Positions 15,001-28,081 are shown, counted from the stretch's first letter. The stretch: 64,000 nt of DNA from Bugula neritina (GCA_964035545.1 OZ037767.1:11108581-11172580); one strand, 5' to 3'. Numbers and translations are program-made. Notes: a model not told the origin generated them from the sequence alone.

Positions 15001-17982
15001 TCTAATAGAGCTGCAAATTGCTATTTAACATAACTGTAGATATTTGTATCTTGTTATCTAATAGAGCTGCAGATTGCTATTTAACATAACTGTAGATATT
15101 TGTATATCGGTATTTAATAGAGCTGCAGATTGTCACAGGCATTAGCTACAAGTTATAAAATTTAGAAACAATCTGATGGTAGTGGGGTTAAAACCCTAAG
15201 AAGCATGAATTTATCTTCTACCCTCAGCCAATCAAACAAAGAGAGGGGTACCAGTTGTAGGCTGATTGGCTCACCGTAGGCACTGCTCGCTGTAAGAGTT
15301 TGCATCATCTTCTGGTGACTCCAACCGTGGAGAGAGTCAAGACAGAGCAGCAGGGCGTGCAGAACACTCTGTGAGTTCACAATAGACATGATGCCAGACG
15401 CTGACTCTGCAGATCTCCTGTCAGCATTGCTAACAAATTAAATAATAATTACTATATTACATAGCATTTTATAGTATATAGAGTATATTATTATATAGTA
15501 TATATAGTATATTATATAGTATATGTAGTAATATATAGCATATATAACATATAGAGTATACATACATGTAGCATATAGAATATATCTAGTATACAGCGTA
15601 TAATTATAGTATACAGCGCATATGGGGGTTGGCACAAAATAGACAACTTGGCATGCATTCTTTAAAGCTACAGAATACATTTTTAAAAAAATTAAAAACT
15701 AGATTATATGTATTCATACTTATTGCTTAGATTTTTTAGCTTTTCACACACTTTTCAAAACTTTTGATAACTCATAGCTTGATTTATATGTTAGCAGAAA
15801 ATTCATAAGTCAGTTTACATTTACATTATTTATTTAATAAAATTGGGTCAGGTACATCTGTGCACAAACCAACCTGGACAGATTGAGACTCTGCTCTATC
15901 ACATCAATTCTCTGATGCTGATCTACAAGAGCCTTCAACTTCACATCATTTATCTGTAAAGCCAGACCACAGGCTAAATATAATTGTGCATAGCATTATC
16001 TTATCTTGTATTAATGAAACAAGATGGTATTGCATGTTTATCAGTAATTCATTATTCAAGAAAGCAGATAAAATACCTCGGTTGGAGTGACACGAAGCCA
16101 CCAGAAATTAAACATATTATGGTGAACTGACCTTTGAAAATGCAGTAAGGAGCTGGTGGCTCTGCTCAGCACTGCTACATTGTCTCCACGCCAAATGTAA
16201 GATAACAGGAAGTAGAGGGCGCCACTCATCCGTGTTGAGCATGTCGACTAGTTCAACGTAATCACCTCCCTTCATTAGCTTGCTAGCATTTGCCTACATG
16301 TTGAAAAACTTGTGTATATTCTACTATACAGCAATACAGTTAAGTCTTCTAAAAAGCCTTTTAAAATTTAATTCTCAACACTTCATAAACCTTCAAAACA
16401 AACTTAGTCTAGTTTACAGCAATAAAGTTAAAAAGTATTATAAAAAGTCTTCTAAAATTTGAACTTGTAAAACAAACTTATCTATGTGATTTTAGTTTCC
16501 CTCATGATGGCTGTACTTACCATTATAACATCAAAGAAGTGGGTTTGTGAGCCAATTGTATTCAGCGCAATGACCTTCCATTTATCATAAGACCCACAAC
16601 TGCTGTCCAAACTATCCCATAATTCTCTGCATATCTTCTGAGTCAACTCATACATGGATTTATCGGGCCGACTGACCAGTGCAATGTTTAACTCACTGAC
16701 TTCCAGCCATCCAGTGTGTTCTATCGAGAACATTTTATAGCATAAACTAGTTTCACATCTGCAGTCAAAGTCTTTGAATAAAATTACAATAATCTGTCGC
16801 AAGTTTTCTTAGCAAAAAGTCTCTTAAGGGTCATGTGACTCATGCATTAGTCATGTGACTCATGTATTGGTCATGTGACTCATGTATTGATCATGTGACT
16901 CATGTATTGGTCATGTGACTCATGTATTGATCATGTGACTCATGTATTGATCATGTCACTTATAGAGTGGTCACATGTCTCATGGAGCTTAGCTTGTTAC
17001 CCTTGTAGAACCATCAAATACAGGCATTAATTAGCACAGCATATCTCTTGAGCCTGCTTGAACTATCATATGCAAATGTAATTGTTCAAAGGAAGTCATG
17101 ATTATCCGTCAATTATATTAAAAGATACAAAACTAAAAGGAAAATTAGTAAAAAAAATTCAGAAAAATCTTTTTACACTTTATGAAAGCCAAATAAAAAG
17201 TGATCGTATATGTTATTTTCCACACATTTTTTATTCTTATACGGAGAAGTTTACCTTGATTATCAATGGACAAGACTACTCTGCTGATTATATCTTCCAA
17301 CCTGTCTTGGATACCATCAATTTCCAGATTTATCTCAGCTAGAGACAGCAAAGTGCACATAGACTTCTTGTTCTGTGAATAAGAAGAAATAATGACTCTA
17401 AGATCAAGGGAATCCTGCTGCTACTGATATCGCTGCTACTACTACTATCACTACTACTACTACTATCACTACTACTACTACTACTATCACTACTACTACT
17501 ACTACTATCACTACTACTACTACTATTACTACTACTAGCACTACTACTACTATCACTACTACTACTACTATCACTACTACTACTACTAGTATCACTACTA
17601 CTACTACTATCACTACTACTACTACTACTATCACTACTACTACTACTACTACTAGCACTACTACTACTATCACTACTACTACTACTATCACTACTACTAC
17701 TACTAGTATCACTACTACTACTACTACTATCACTACTACTACTACTACTATCACTACTACTACTACTACTATCACTACTACTACTACTACTACTACTAGC
17801 ACTACTACTACTATCACTACTACTACTACTATCACTACTACTACTGCTAGTATCACTACTACTACTACTATCACTACTACTACTATCACTACTACTACTA
17901 CTACTACTATCACTACTACTACTATCACTACTACTACTACTATCACTACCACTACTACTAGTATCACTACTACTACTACTAT

Positions 17983-18053
<71 letters not shown>

Positions 18054-20120
18054 TCACTACTACTACTACTTAAGCTTGTTCTAAAACAAACTATACTTTT
18101 CAGGTGTTGGGGCCACAATCAGCGTTAATGTGATCCTGATGCATCTCCACATAAAAATATGATCAATATTAGTTCTAGTGGCATCAACTAACGCTATGAC
18201 GAGGGCTCTGCATGCACTGCACTATCAGATACTCAATTACCGCAGTAGAGTAGTGACATTACATCTGACATACAGAGAGTTGTGACAATCTATATCATAC
18301 TATATCTACCATATATAGCTGCCTACTTTTTGTTGAAAACTCTGTTCAATAGCATCCAGTAACAAGTTGTTCATCTGAAACTCCATCTCCTCATGTTGAA
18401 TGAATGAAAGAAGTGGAATAGCTAACTCAGTACGACTAATCAGTGCAGAACCAAGAAACTCACGGCATTCAGCTGATAAGGTACTTTGAGATGTCTGTTG
18501 TAAATTATACAGTTCCTGCAACACCAAAAACTATGCTATATCCTTCCACTACTGTACGATACCATTCTACTACTGTAGGGTATCATTCTACTACTGTACA
18601 GCATAACATTATAGAATGTGTTATAAAATTTTATAACCCTTTAGTTTTCTGCTTTAACTGCAAATACATTATTTCAAAAAACAAACTTTAACCTAGCCAA
18701 TGCTGTTTTTCATCTCCATGTTAATACTATAATAGATATATACACATACATAATGTTTTCATGTGTAAATTTAAGACGGATTGACTTAACAAGTGGTTTT
18801 GAGGGTCATTGAGAAACCTTACATTACTGTAGCTTACTCTACAATAATCAATGTGGATAGAAAATGTGTGAAATTTTAAATATATTCATACACTTCTACT
18901 ATGTATAAGCAGATTCATAGATTTGTACTAAGAATTTAGTGACCTGATCAATGACTATTACCTTAACGACTTTCACATCACAATCGGCATAAAGTTCCGC
19001 AATTAGAAATCGAAACTCCAAACTTCTTTGCAAGTTTTCCACCTGTGTAAATAATATGACATATTCATTATAAGTCAAACAAAATATAAAAGGAGAATCT
19101 CTAGCTTAAGACTATTGCGAAATACATTCCTAAAATCATTATTGCAAGCCAAGACAATTACATAACATTGTTGAATACTAAAGAACCAGAACAACATCCA
19201 CCTCTACTCAAAGGTAGGAATATTGGTTCAAAAATTAAAACATATATAGGTGTTTGCCCATTTATCAAAACTGAAAATTCCATTTTCGATAAAAACATCT
19301 AGAGCTATGAATTTATCAATATCTTGTAGCAAAATATTTTGGCTGTACCTGAAGCTTAGAATCTTCAATTTGTTTGTATTCTACAAAGCATGGCCATATT
19401 AAAGGGTGTAGGTATTCACCAGCTTCACTACAAATCAAAGTGGCATTAATAGTAGAATAAAACAGAACATCGGTAGTACCATGAGTGACTAAATAAACCC
19501 CAATTCCAAAACTTAGCTGCAAAAAGCTGTGGCTTCAAAATTAAATTTTTATCACTCCATATATAAAAATGATCTTATTATAAAGAGAATCAGAACAAAA
19601 TTGAAAATTATTCCAACTACTAGTTCATTACTTGTAATTGTATTTGCATCACTACTTTTTATGCAACATTAAGATTAGGATTTATATAATAGCACTCAGT
19701 ACTGCCACAGCTAATATGAGTACTGTTGTACTACTAGTTGAGTAGTTGTACTACAGCTATTAAACTTAGTATAAGTAATACTCGAATAGTATTATATTTT
19801 TAATCATTTAGTTTTACTTTTAGCTTTACTTTAAGTTTATGACTTTATCCAATTATCAGTAATACTATTAGTAATATCCGTATTACATGCATATGAGTAG
19901 ATTACCTGGTACACCATTTATTAACAACTTTTTGCAAAACATCTTTGACTGGATATCTTAAATTTTTCTGTTCACTGTGAAGTGTTTCAATACAAGCTTT
20001 AGCACACTCAAATTGACCAATATAAATATAGTTGCAAAAAGATCTAAATAATAGTTGAACAGATGCTTCGTGCTCCCTTCCAAAAGGATATCTCAAGGCA
20101 AGTATTTCAGCCACTTCCAT
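22..20120 (-). CDS. ZFYVE26: Spastizin / zinc finger FYVE domain-containing protein 26 homologue, 5' portion (about 30 exons; continues beyond the left edge)
   Basis: First exon 20120..19906 reads MEVAEILALRYPFGREHEASVQLLFRSFCNYIYIGQFECAKAC, resembling the spastizin N-terminus (HPFGKE..SQKQLFGFFCECLRRGEWELAQAC). In-phase GT-AG exons follow (19427..19349, 19043..18962, 18516..18326, ... 271..22). The last exon in the window ends CAG|gtaagt. The FYVE domain is not in the window, and not every internal boundary was checked. Confidence 0.8.
3790..4125 (-). mobile_element. tRNA-derived SINE-like element in a ZFYVE26 intron
   Basis: Minus strand begins cccaTGGTCTAGTGGttagagcactggtttggtaaacacaaggttagtGGTTTAAATCC (A box, degenerate B box, no intact cloverleaf). 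About 270 bp of GC-richer body follows and ends in a (TA/CATA) tail. Confidence 0.55.
4140..4380. repeat. About 31-bp C-rich minisatellite containing copies of a ZFYVE26 splice donor
   Basis: Repeated cccacctgcactgccccatcccagc units; the minus strand reads CAG|gtgggt in each. Confidence 0.85.
4940..5037. repeat. 24-bp tandem repeat, about 4 copies
   Basis: attcaagacatagtaatataatat units. Confidence 0.85.
6500..6612. repeat. (GTA/TAG)n trinucleotide microsatellite
   Basis: Direct inspection; explains the poly-V and poly-L ORFs. Confidence 0.9.
9090..9382. repeat. Degenerate TAGTGAGTAC-based minisatellite
   Basis: Direct inspection; intronic. Confidence 0.85.
10560..10700. repeat. 20-bp minisatellite (gtgactgtgagtgagtcagt), about 7 copies
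   Basis: Direct inspection. Confidence 0.85.
14897..15133. repeat. 56-bp tandem repeat, about 4.2 copies
   Basis: agctgcagattgctatttaacataactgtagatatttgtatcttgttatctaatag units start at 14897, 14953, 15009, 15065 and 15121. Confidence 0.9.
16830..16985. repeat. 20-bp minisatellite (tcatgtgactcatgtattgg), about 7 copies
   Basis: Direct inspection. Confidence 0.9.
17420..18070. repeat. Long (TAC/ACT)n trinucleotide array with ATC interruptions, intronic
   Basis: Lies between a phase-0 donor at about 18326 and a phase-0 acceptor (ttcttattcacag|AAC AAG) at about 17373. Confidence 0.9.
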
Positions 20121-20249
20121 TATAAACCTCAGTAAGTTAAGTCATAATGAACACAGTAATTTAGTAAAAGTTGTTATGATAATCACAACGGTAATGTAAC
20201 TCAGCACTGAACAAGGAGGCTACCATGTTAGGGTCACATGATCAAGGTC

Positions 20250-20345
20250 AATTGGGTTCACCCGTAGCCAATAGCCACGCGTCAGTTAGTTCTGTTAGCC
20301 AATAACGGCATCTTATCGAGTATACACGCGGTGTTTGAAAATTGT
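20250..20345 (+). promoter_or_regulatory. Bidirectional ZFYVE26/NEK2 promoter: two CCAAT boxes plus a CHR (TTTGAA) element
   Basis: tagCCAAT at 20268 and 20299 (31 bp apart), then cgcgg-tg-TTTGAA at 20327-20339. A candidate non-coding exon 1 donor (gctg|gtaact, about 20383) and an acceptor at 22797 follow. Confidence 0.6.
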
Positions 20346-20923
20346 CAATTAAATCCAATAAAGCTGTATTCTTTTTATGGCTGGTAACTTACAACTGTTA
20401 TTAATTTTAAACTCGTCAAAAGTTTCAGTTTGTATTATGGCTATAACATAATATTTTCAATTTAGTTTCTGTCAAATTGAATTTTATTGTTTTATGGTTA
20501 TTGCTTGTTTCGTCAAGACTTAGACTTTGAAAAACAATAGTGAAACTCAACTTTATTCATTTATTTAATATTATTATTTAATTTTATATTCATATTCATA
20601 TTGAATTTGATCATGATGGTCATGGTGTTTTAGAAAAATTAAAATAAGGGAGAAAAGGTTGTTTTCTAATCTTACACTTATGTGTTATCAATATCACTTT
20701 TACTGTTTCAGTCTATGACTTCCACCCAAGTTTAAGTTTCACTAGGTTTAACTTAATCTGTTATCATTTGAATTCGAAATTAATTTTAAATTTAATTATG
20801 AATTTATAATATTTTTTGTCATCCCAAGACTGACACAAACTATAATCATAGCAATAACAATGATTATGTATGACTATGACTATAGCATATCAGTATTAGT
20901 ATAACTCTTTTTATGATAATCTT

Positions 20924-21530
20924 ATGACTTGTCGGCCCCTAACGAGCTCGGTTGGAGCTCGGTTGATTGCATACAAAGCCTTGGGCTTGTGTTTACCACA
21001 CCTAGAGTATGCTAGCGCAGCTTGGGACCCAACCTGCAAGAAGGATATTTCTGGCTTAAAGATACAAGTGGATGCAGTGCGATTCACAGCTGATGTTAAA
21101 TGCCGTGAAGATGTCGAAAGTACCATGAAGAGACTCTGCCTACAATCTCTTGAACAAAGAAGGAAAACCAGATGTGTTAATCTCCTCACGAAAAGTCTGG
21201 CAAAAGAAGAACACCTGGCTCTCAGCTCTGCCTATGATGACCTGCTGAACAAACCAACAAACAGCACCATACAGACTCACTCCCAAGCAAGGGAACAGCC
21301 CCAATCAGCACTATGTACCTAAACAGTTTTTTCTCAAGGACTATCCGGGACCTGAAAATTGTTCACAATCAAAGCAATAATTCAGAGATCTCTACATAGA
21401 CAGGATTAAGTTCCTGTTCAGTAAATACAGCCCAAACAGTACTAACTGTATGACTATTGACCAATGACTGTCCAACACATTACCCATATGCGGTACACCT
21501 CTTCCTCTCTCTAGGACGGTCCAGTGTGAT
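20924..21530 (+). mobile_element. 5'-truncated non-LTR retrotransposon (CR1/L2-like) RT C-terminus and 3' tail
   Basis: AYKALGLCLPHLEYASAAWDP...LQSLEQRR is the typical post-RT LINE segment. Related to the copy at 32-33 kb. Confidence 0.8.
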
Positions 21531-22856
21531 GATCACTTCCAGTAAGTTCAAATAGGTCTTTTAACTTTGTCAGGTCATTCCGTACACAAGTCGTTTCATA
21601 CACATCAATATAAATTAACTAAAATACATATTTTTTGATAATCATTTTTATTTATTTTATGTATGAGTCATACAGTACTGCTCACAAGTAACTTGGACAT
21701 TTCTGTTTCATAGTAGATAATATATTAATATAAAACATTGATCAATAGGTGACATTAGTCTGGCAGGTATCAATGATACATGCTGGAGTGCAAGAAATAA
21801 GTAAGCTAGTAGACTGGCTATCCAGTAGACTAATTTATTATTCATTTTTAGACACCATTTTGTGTGCGGAATGAGAGTAACCCTGTTAGTCAAAGTCATA
21901 ATATTCACAATAACAAACAACACCCATGGGTCATGAAATTTATTGAAATGTAGACTAACAGTCACAAAATCGACTACAGAAATGTACATAAGTGTGTCAG
22001 TGTGTGTGTCAGTCCATGTGAATCATCTTGCTTATATAGCGGAGCTGCATTCCTATTGGTCCGTGTGTTCCGGTCAAATAATAATCAATCTCTACAACTG
22101 CAGCCCAAGCTTCTTGAAGACACATTATATTTTGTGCAAAAGTTTACATATGAAATCATAGATTTTACATCTGGCACAAAACAATATAATAATTTGCAGT
22201 AGTTTGGGATTTTTATGGCAAAATGTTGATCCTGTCAATTTTAGAATTGTAATACGTGATTTTAAAGATGTTCAGTTGTCAACAATAGATGTTCTGAATC
22301 TACCCACTTCTTTAGTTTCTCAAACTTTCATTTTCTTTGTTTGACTTGGCATAGCCTATCTTTTTAAGTACTTTTAATTTTACTTTTTATCAAAATTTCC
22401 TTTATAATATCCAAAATCTGCTAGTGCCAAAACTTGATACTAACAACAGCTGAAATTGAATCAGTGTTGCCTGCGTGATGGAGTATCATATAAATGGTAA
22501 CGTGAGTTCTTAGCAAGTATAAAGTTAGTATAAAAAGTCGTCTCTTTTTGTCACTGATATAAACACTACACTACACTATTCTTTCAATTTCTGCTACACT
22601 ACAATATTTTGCTGCAAAACAGCTTGATTATATTTACATTTGAGGTTTTGTCACCTCAAAGTTCGGAGTCTTCAATACACATTGTGCTGTATTGAATTCA
22701 TTTTATAGGATAAATACATCAGCTGCTGACTGTAAATGCTTGTGGCCTGTGACAATTGGTGTTGCTATTTGTTAACCAATAAACTTTTTGTTTTCAGATT
22801 GGTTGAATAGATGCAGCTTGGAGAGATTTATTAGTTTACTATCATCCTGTATAAAA

Positions 22857-25800
22857 ATGCCATCTAGTTTGACAGATTTTGAGGTGCTCTACACCATTGG
22901 GTCAGGCTCCTATGGAACTTGTAAGAAAGTACGAAGAAAGTCTGATGGAAAAGTGGGTAAAGCTGCACTTCTCTAGACCTTCATCAAGTTATTCTCTTGA
23001 AAATTTATTTTAGGCATTTGTGCACTTTTGCGGTCTTGGTTTATTACTGTTATATCAATACAGAGATCTCTGTTTTAAGCTTACTTTAATGTTTGAATTC
23101 AACTTGTGTAACATATGTGAGTCTTTTATAACTGGCTATGGAATAGAGCAAAATATTCAACACTGCTGCATTGTATAAAAACAAAATTTAGTTTTAATAA
23201 CGGAAAACATTACTGGATTTTGATGCAAATTAATTCAGATAGTTGAAAATCCTTTTTGTTTTACCAAACCCGCTTAAAATAATTTGAAAGAAGCACTTTT
23301 GTTTTCAACAACATTGGCACATTCCACTTATTATCTACATTATGAAAAATATGATAAGTGTAACTAAATTATTGTGCAAGTCCCCAAAATGCTAAATAGT
23401 ATCTAGAGCCCTAGACCATAGCTGTTGCCTGGTTTATTCAAACCAGTTTAAATTGTTCCAATAGTGTATAACCAATAAGACTCAATGTTGCTTCTGTGCA
23501 TTTTCAGCTGTTTGTCTGGAAAGAAATGGACTATGGATGTATGACTGAAACAGAGAAGCAGATGCTGGTGTCTGAGGTAAATGGTTTGGTTGCTGAGCAG
23601 CGTTTCCTCTTTCCATCAGATTTTTTTCTGCACTACTGACACTTTTTTGTACTTGCTGAGATGCTCATTGTACAGTTCCTGTATTGGAGCCTCCTGCTGT
23701 TTGAAATCATCAATTAGAAAATACCTGCAGCTGGCGCAATAGAATGTTTCACTTTAGTTTAAACTCAAACAAAAAGCGGTTTTGGTTGATCATGTTCTTA
23801 CTTTTTTATTTGCATTCAGGAAGTTTTCAACTTGTCGTTTAGTAATGTATCACATCATTATAGTTGATACATTTTTCCTGTCACATATTCAAACATTCAA
23901 TTTTTACACTTATTTAACTCTCAGAAATATTTTGAAGGCACAATTTTTACCTGGTTAAATCACTGCTTACTGTCTGCCTACTTTATGATGTATTTTGTAT
24001 TATGTAATCACTAAATGCAGGTGAATTTACTAAGAGAGTTGAAACATCAGAACATAGTAAAATATCACGAGCGTGTTGTGGACAAGAAAAGACAACTTCT
24101 CTATCTTATTATGGAATACTGTGAAGGGGGAGATCTTGGGGCTATAATCAGTCGTTACTCGAGGGAAGGGTATGTCTCGCTATGGAAAGCTCTAATATTC
24201 TGTCTTCATAAGATTTCTATAAAAATTTGCCTAACAACATTTCTGTAAACTTTTTTCTTACTTTACATACATCCTATATGGCCGTTTGCACTATTACCAT
24301 GAGAAATGAATGGTTGCAGTTGCGACCATGGGGCTCGCGTTGTTTGAGATGGAAAGTTTAGCCTTTGGCTGTAAATAATCACAAGTATAGGTTTTGCTAA
24401 AGGTCGGAGTAAATTGCAGTTTGTGCAACTTTGTTGCTTACTTTTCTATAACACCATTTCTATTCACTCAATAAGGAAATACTTTGAGGAAGATATGGTG
24501 TGGAAGGTTTTGGCCCAGTGTTCTTCTGCTCTCAACGAATGCCATAAAAGGAAAGACGGAAAGTCCATACTTCACAGAGATCTCAAACCAGCTAATATTT
24601 TTTTGGACGGCCAGAGAAATGTGAAACTGGGAGACTTTGGCTTGGCTAGGGTTCTACATGAAACTAGCTTTGCTAAGACATTTGTGGGAACCCCATATTA
24701 TATGTCTCCAGTTAGTAGGAATTTATTTTATAGTTAAACCTCCTTTGTTTGATCAGTGGTAAATAGGTCAGCATAGCCTAATTCCACTAAATATTGCATC
24801 AGTCTGCTTTCTCTCATTTCAGTGAATATTAAATCATTCTATGCCATGGCAATATTTCTATGTATACTTAGCAATCAGTATGCCAATATTGGCTATCAAT
24901 CCATATAGTTTTCAAGTTTTATCCAACTTGAGCAATGAATTTGTATAGGGAAACATGCCACTCAACTTATGCATACCCATCATATTTCCAAACCGAAGAA
25001 TAATTAAATTATTCTTGTATTTAAATATTAGAAGTATGAGTGGAAATAAAGAATAATACCTACAGCTCCCAGCTTTTTAATTATGCAAATACACTCAAAT
25101 AAAGCTAGATAGTACAAGTATACAATATTTGTACTATATAGAAGTATACTATACATAAACTAGTCTAACTATTTATGTGAAGCTAAATCTGCCTACCCTG
25201 TAAGTGTTGAATATTTCTAGGAGCAGATGAATAAGCTGTCCTACAATGAAAAGTCTGATATTTGGTCACTAGGTTGTGTGCTGTATGAGATGTGTGCCCT
25301 ACGTCCCCCATTCCTAGCCAACAACCAGAGAGAGCTCGCCCTAAAGATTCGTGTAGGGCAGTTCAGTAGGATACCTATGAGGTATTCCACTGAACTCAGT
25401 AAGATCGTGGATAAGATGCTGAGTGTAGAGGTAAGCCTTTTAGCTATAATGTTTTTCTCATCTTGAATAAGTTCTGCCTTTAGAACTCATGAAACACACA
25501 AAGTTTTCCTAAGGCAACCTCAAGCTATTTCGAGCTATCATTTGTTTCAGTTTTCCTCAGTAATAAATTTTGCATGCATTAGTGAGCACAGGCTACTTGT
25601 ATTTTCAAATCACAAAAGTATATAGGTCTACTTCTTTTCCTCATTTGTTACTGTTCATCCATTCCCATTCTATGCTATATCCATTTGCCTCGTCTCTCTT
25701 GCCTTGTTTCTGCTTACTGTATATATTTACTACTTTTACTATTATTCTTAGTGCAACTCTCGACCGAGCATAGAGAGTATTCTGTCATTGTCACAAGTCC

Positions 25801-27225
25801 ATAAATACATAGCCGGGAGTGCTGCTCCCACACAGGCAGTATCAGACACTCTTGAAAGACAGCAGAAGTATGAGAGGAGACTGAAAGAGCGGGAGGAAGA
25901 GCTGAAGTTCTTAGAAGCTAAGCTGTTAGAAAGAGAAGCAGCAGTGGAAGAAAGGGAAGCAGCGGTTAAAGAAAGAGAAGCAAATGTTGTAATTCAGGAG
26001 CAAGAGATTTTTAATAAGTTGGCTAAATTAAAAGGTATTTAAACACTAGTTGTTATCTAACTTATTATAATATAATTACCTCCTTTTTAAAGTTTATTCA
26101 ACAAAATCTGTTTGTGTTGTACCTCCCTCTGTTTGCATGCAACCGGTCCTGGTGTCAGTAACATAATGTTTTAGATATGATAATAATATTGCGCCTGAGA
26201 AAAACATAACATGCTCTAGCTAGTAGTTACTTTCTCTTTGAACTTTCGAAACAACCCAGTGATAAGATGTATGTTGCAGTATCTAAGAATAGCATGCAAT
26301 GAAAGTTTGCAATAACCACTATTAGTTTTATACCGCTGACTTCAGAGCCCACTAAAAACCTCTCCAGCAAGTGATCAGAAATTCTAAAATTATTCAAGAC
26401 AATTTTTGCACAAAATCTGTTTTAAAACAAAAAAATTGAGCATATCCATCCCTCGAAAAGTCTGTAAATGATAACTAAGCTATATGAATACTGTATGCAC
26501 AAGTGTGTCAGGGATTTATTAAATACATACAGGCATAATTGTTGTGATTAGTTGGTAGACAATATCTCATAATTAATCAATTGTTAATGAATTGCCAACT
26601 GCACATGGTGCCCATAATTTATTTTTAGATAAAGAAGAGTTGTTTAATTTAGGAATTACAGAAGAGAGTCATGGCTTACACCTGAAAGGCCACAATTTTA
26701 ACAAACTAACAGAAGGTAGAAAAATTAGTCCAATAGCATCAGTTGCGCCTATAAAGAGGCGATTTCAACAATCACAATTTACTGTGTAACACACAATTTA
26801 TGTCTATTACCACTTTTGTTGAAAGTTTATTCACCGACGTCTGTTTGTGTCGCATCTACCCTCTGTTTGCATGAGCTTAGCCCTAATGTCATTAACATAC
26901 TGTTTTAGATATGATAACCAAACCTACACCAATTCTGTGTGCAGTTAAACCTAAGGCATTGTTAGATTCACCATCTAAGCATGTGTCGTTCAACATGTTG
27001 GATGAGAAAGAAAATGAGGCTGTAAAACAGCCCACCATCACAGCTCTGCGTGAGAAAGAAACTAATTTGTTTGTGTTGAGAGAAAGGGAGAGGAATGACA
27101 CCGAATATCAGAAGCGCAAAGAGCTACGGGACAGACTGGAAAAGGCCCGGCAAAGGGCAACCCAGTTAAGACTGGCGCAGTTTGACAATAACCCTAAGAA
27201 CAACCACCTACTCAACATCAGATAG
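22857..27225 (+). CDS. NEK2: NIMA-related serine/threonine kinase 2
   Basis: Exons 22857-22952, 23508-23576, 24021-24169, 24476-24710, 25221-25430, 25752-26034, 26629-26715, 26909-27225. Motifs: [27 protein letters not shown]...[48 protein letters not shown], then a coiled coil, KEN box and C-terminal IR. Confidence 0.95.
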
Positions 27226-27504
27226 TCTTCTAAATATTTTTGCTTGTCCAATCTCTATACAACGCACCTTTTTTATATATATTTATCATATTCAATTTTC
27301 TGTAGTCAAACTTTTTTTATCAGTGTATACATTAGGGCTTAGGCCAATATATGTAACTTTATGTTTTATGATATTAACCCAGTTTTTCTGTATGATTTTA
27401 GTACTTTTATTGATGACAATTATGCAATAAATTTAAAAAAGAACATTGTCATTCCTATTTGCACACCAAAATCTTGTAAAAATTAACACAGTCAATAGCG
27501 CATT

Positions 27505-27699
27505 CTATTTCCAAAGCACACTGCCTTCTGGTAGCTTTCGACCACCATAGAGTTGAGTTTTATTACGACATCCAGCGAGCAGTTCAGCATTGTATCTCTC
27601 AGCCTTGTGACCCAAAACAAATCCTACAACCAGCAGTGGCAAAACAACCCCTCCAAGTTCTCGGACAACTTTTCTTGAATAAATGGCAAAAGAACTCAT
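27505..27699 (-). CDS. NDUFB1: NADH:ubiquinone oxidoreductase subunit B1 (MNLL) homologue, 64 aa
   Basis: LPLLVVGFVLGHKAERYNAELLAGCRNKTQLYGGRKLPEGSVLWK matches the NDUFB1 pattern GF.IG..LDR..DE.L..FRNKS.LF..EL......WK. An acceptor (ttccttttcag) directly precedes the ATG. Confidence 0.8.
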   Translation of the reverse strand: MSSFAIYSRKVVRELGGVVLPLLVVGFVLGHKAERYNAELLAGCRNKTQLYGGRKLPEGSVLWK

Positions 27700-27913
27700 C
27701 TGAAAAGGAAGAACTAAATAAAGTGAAAATTTATCACAGTTATTAGCAAGGAATACAACTCCACTAATAATAGCAGAAACACATTACTAATAAATACTTG
27801 ATACGGAATAAAATTCAATTATCTAAGCAGAGGATACTGGCAACAATATATTTATACAAAATGTTTTTAATATTGCCCACTCAGCATCAACTAGAAATGG
27901 ACAAAGTGATGCC

Positions 27914-28081
27914 TTACTGTGTCTTGCTAGAATTCTGTAACTTGTTTGCTTTAAATTTCTGGGTTCTAGAATAGTCTTTATATATCATATAAGTCACTCC
28001 TGTGGGAAATGCTATGGACACAAAGTTTCGTCGAATAGAATAAAACACAGTCTTTGCTGATAAAGCCCCAAAAGCGCCCAT
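27914..28081 (-). CDS. Unannotated 55-aa single-TM microprotein upstream of NDUFB1 (MGAFGALSAKTVFYSIRRNFVSIAFPTGVTYMIYKDYSRTQKFKANKLQNSSKTQ)
   Basis: Open frame fills an exon bounded by acceptor tttgcag|GTTG ATG (exon starts 28085) and donor CA|gtaagg (27917). Hydrophobic core flanked by basic residues. Shorter than anything in the ORF track. Confidence 0.65.
   Translation of the reverse strand: MGAFGALSAKTVFYSIRRNFVSIAFPTGVTYMIYKDYSRTQKFKANKLQNSSKTQ

Noticed and set aside
17339-18118. 259-aa Ser/Asp-rich (phosphophoryn-like) ORF and overlapping poly-Val ORF
   Set aside because: Both are translations of an intronic trinucleotide array; the flanking ZFYVE26 exons join in phase 0 without it.
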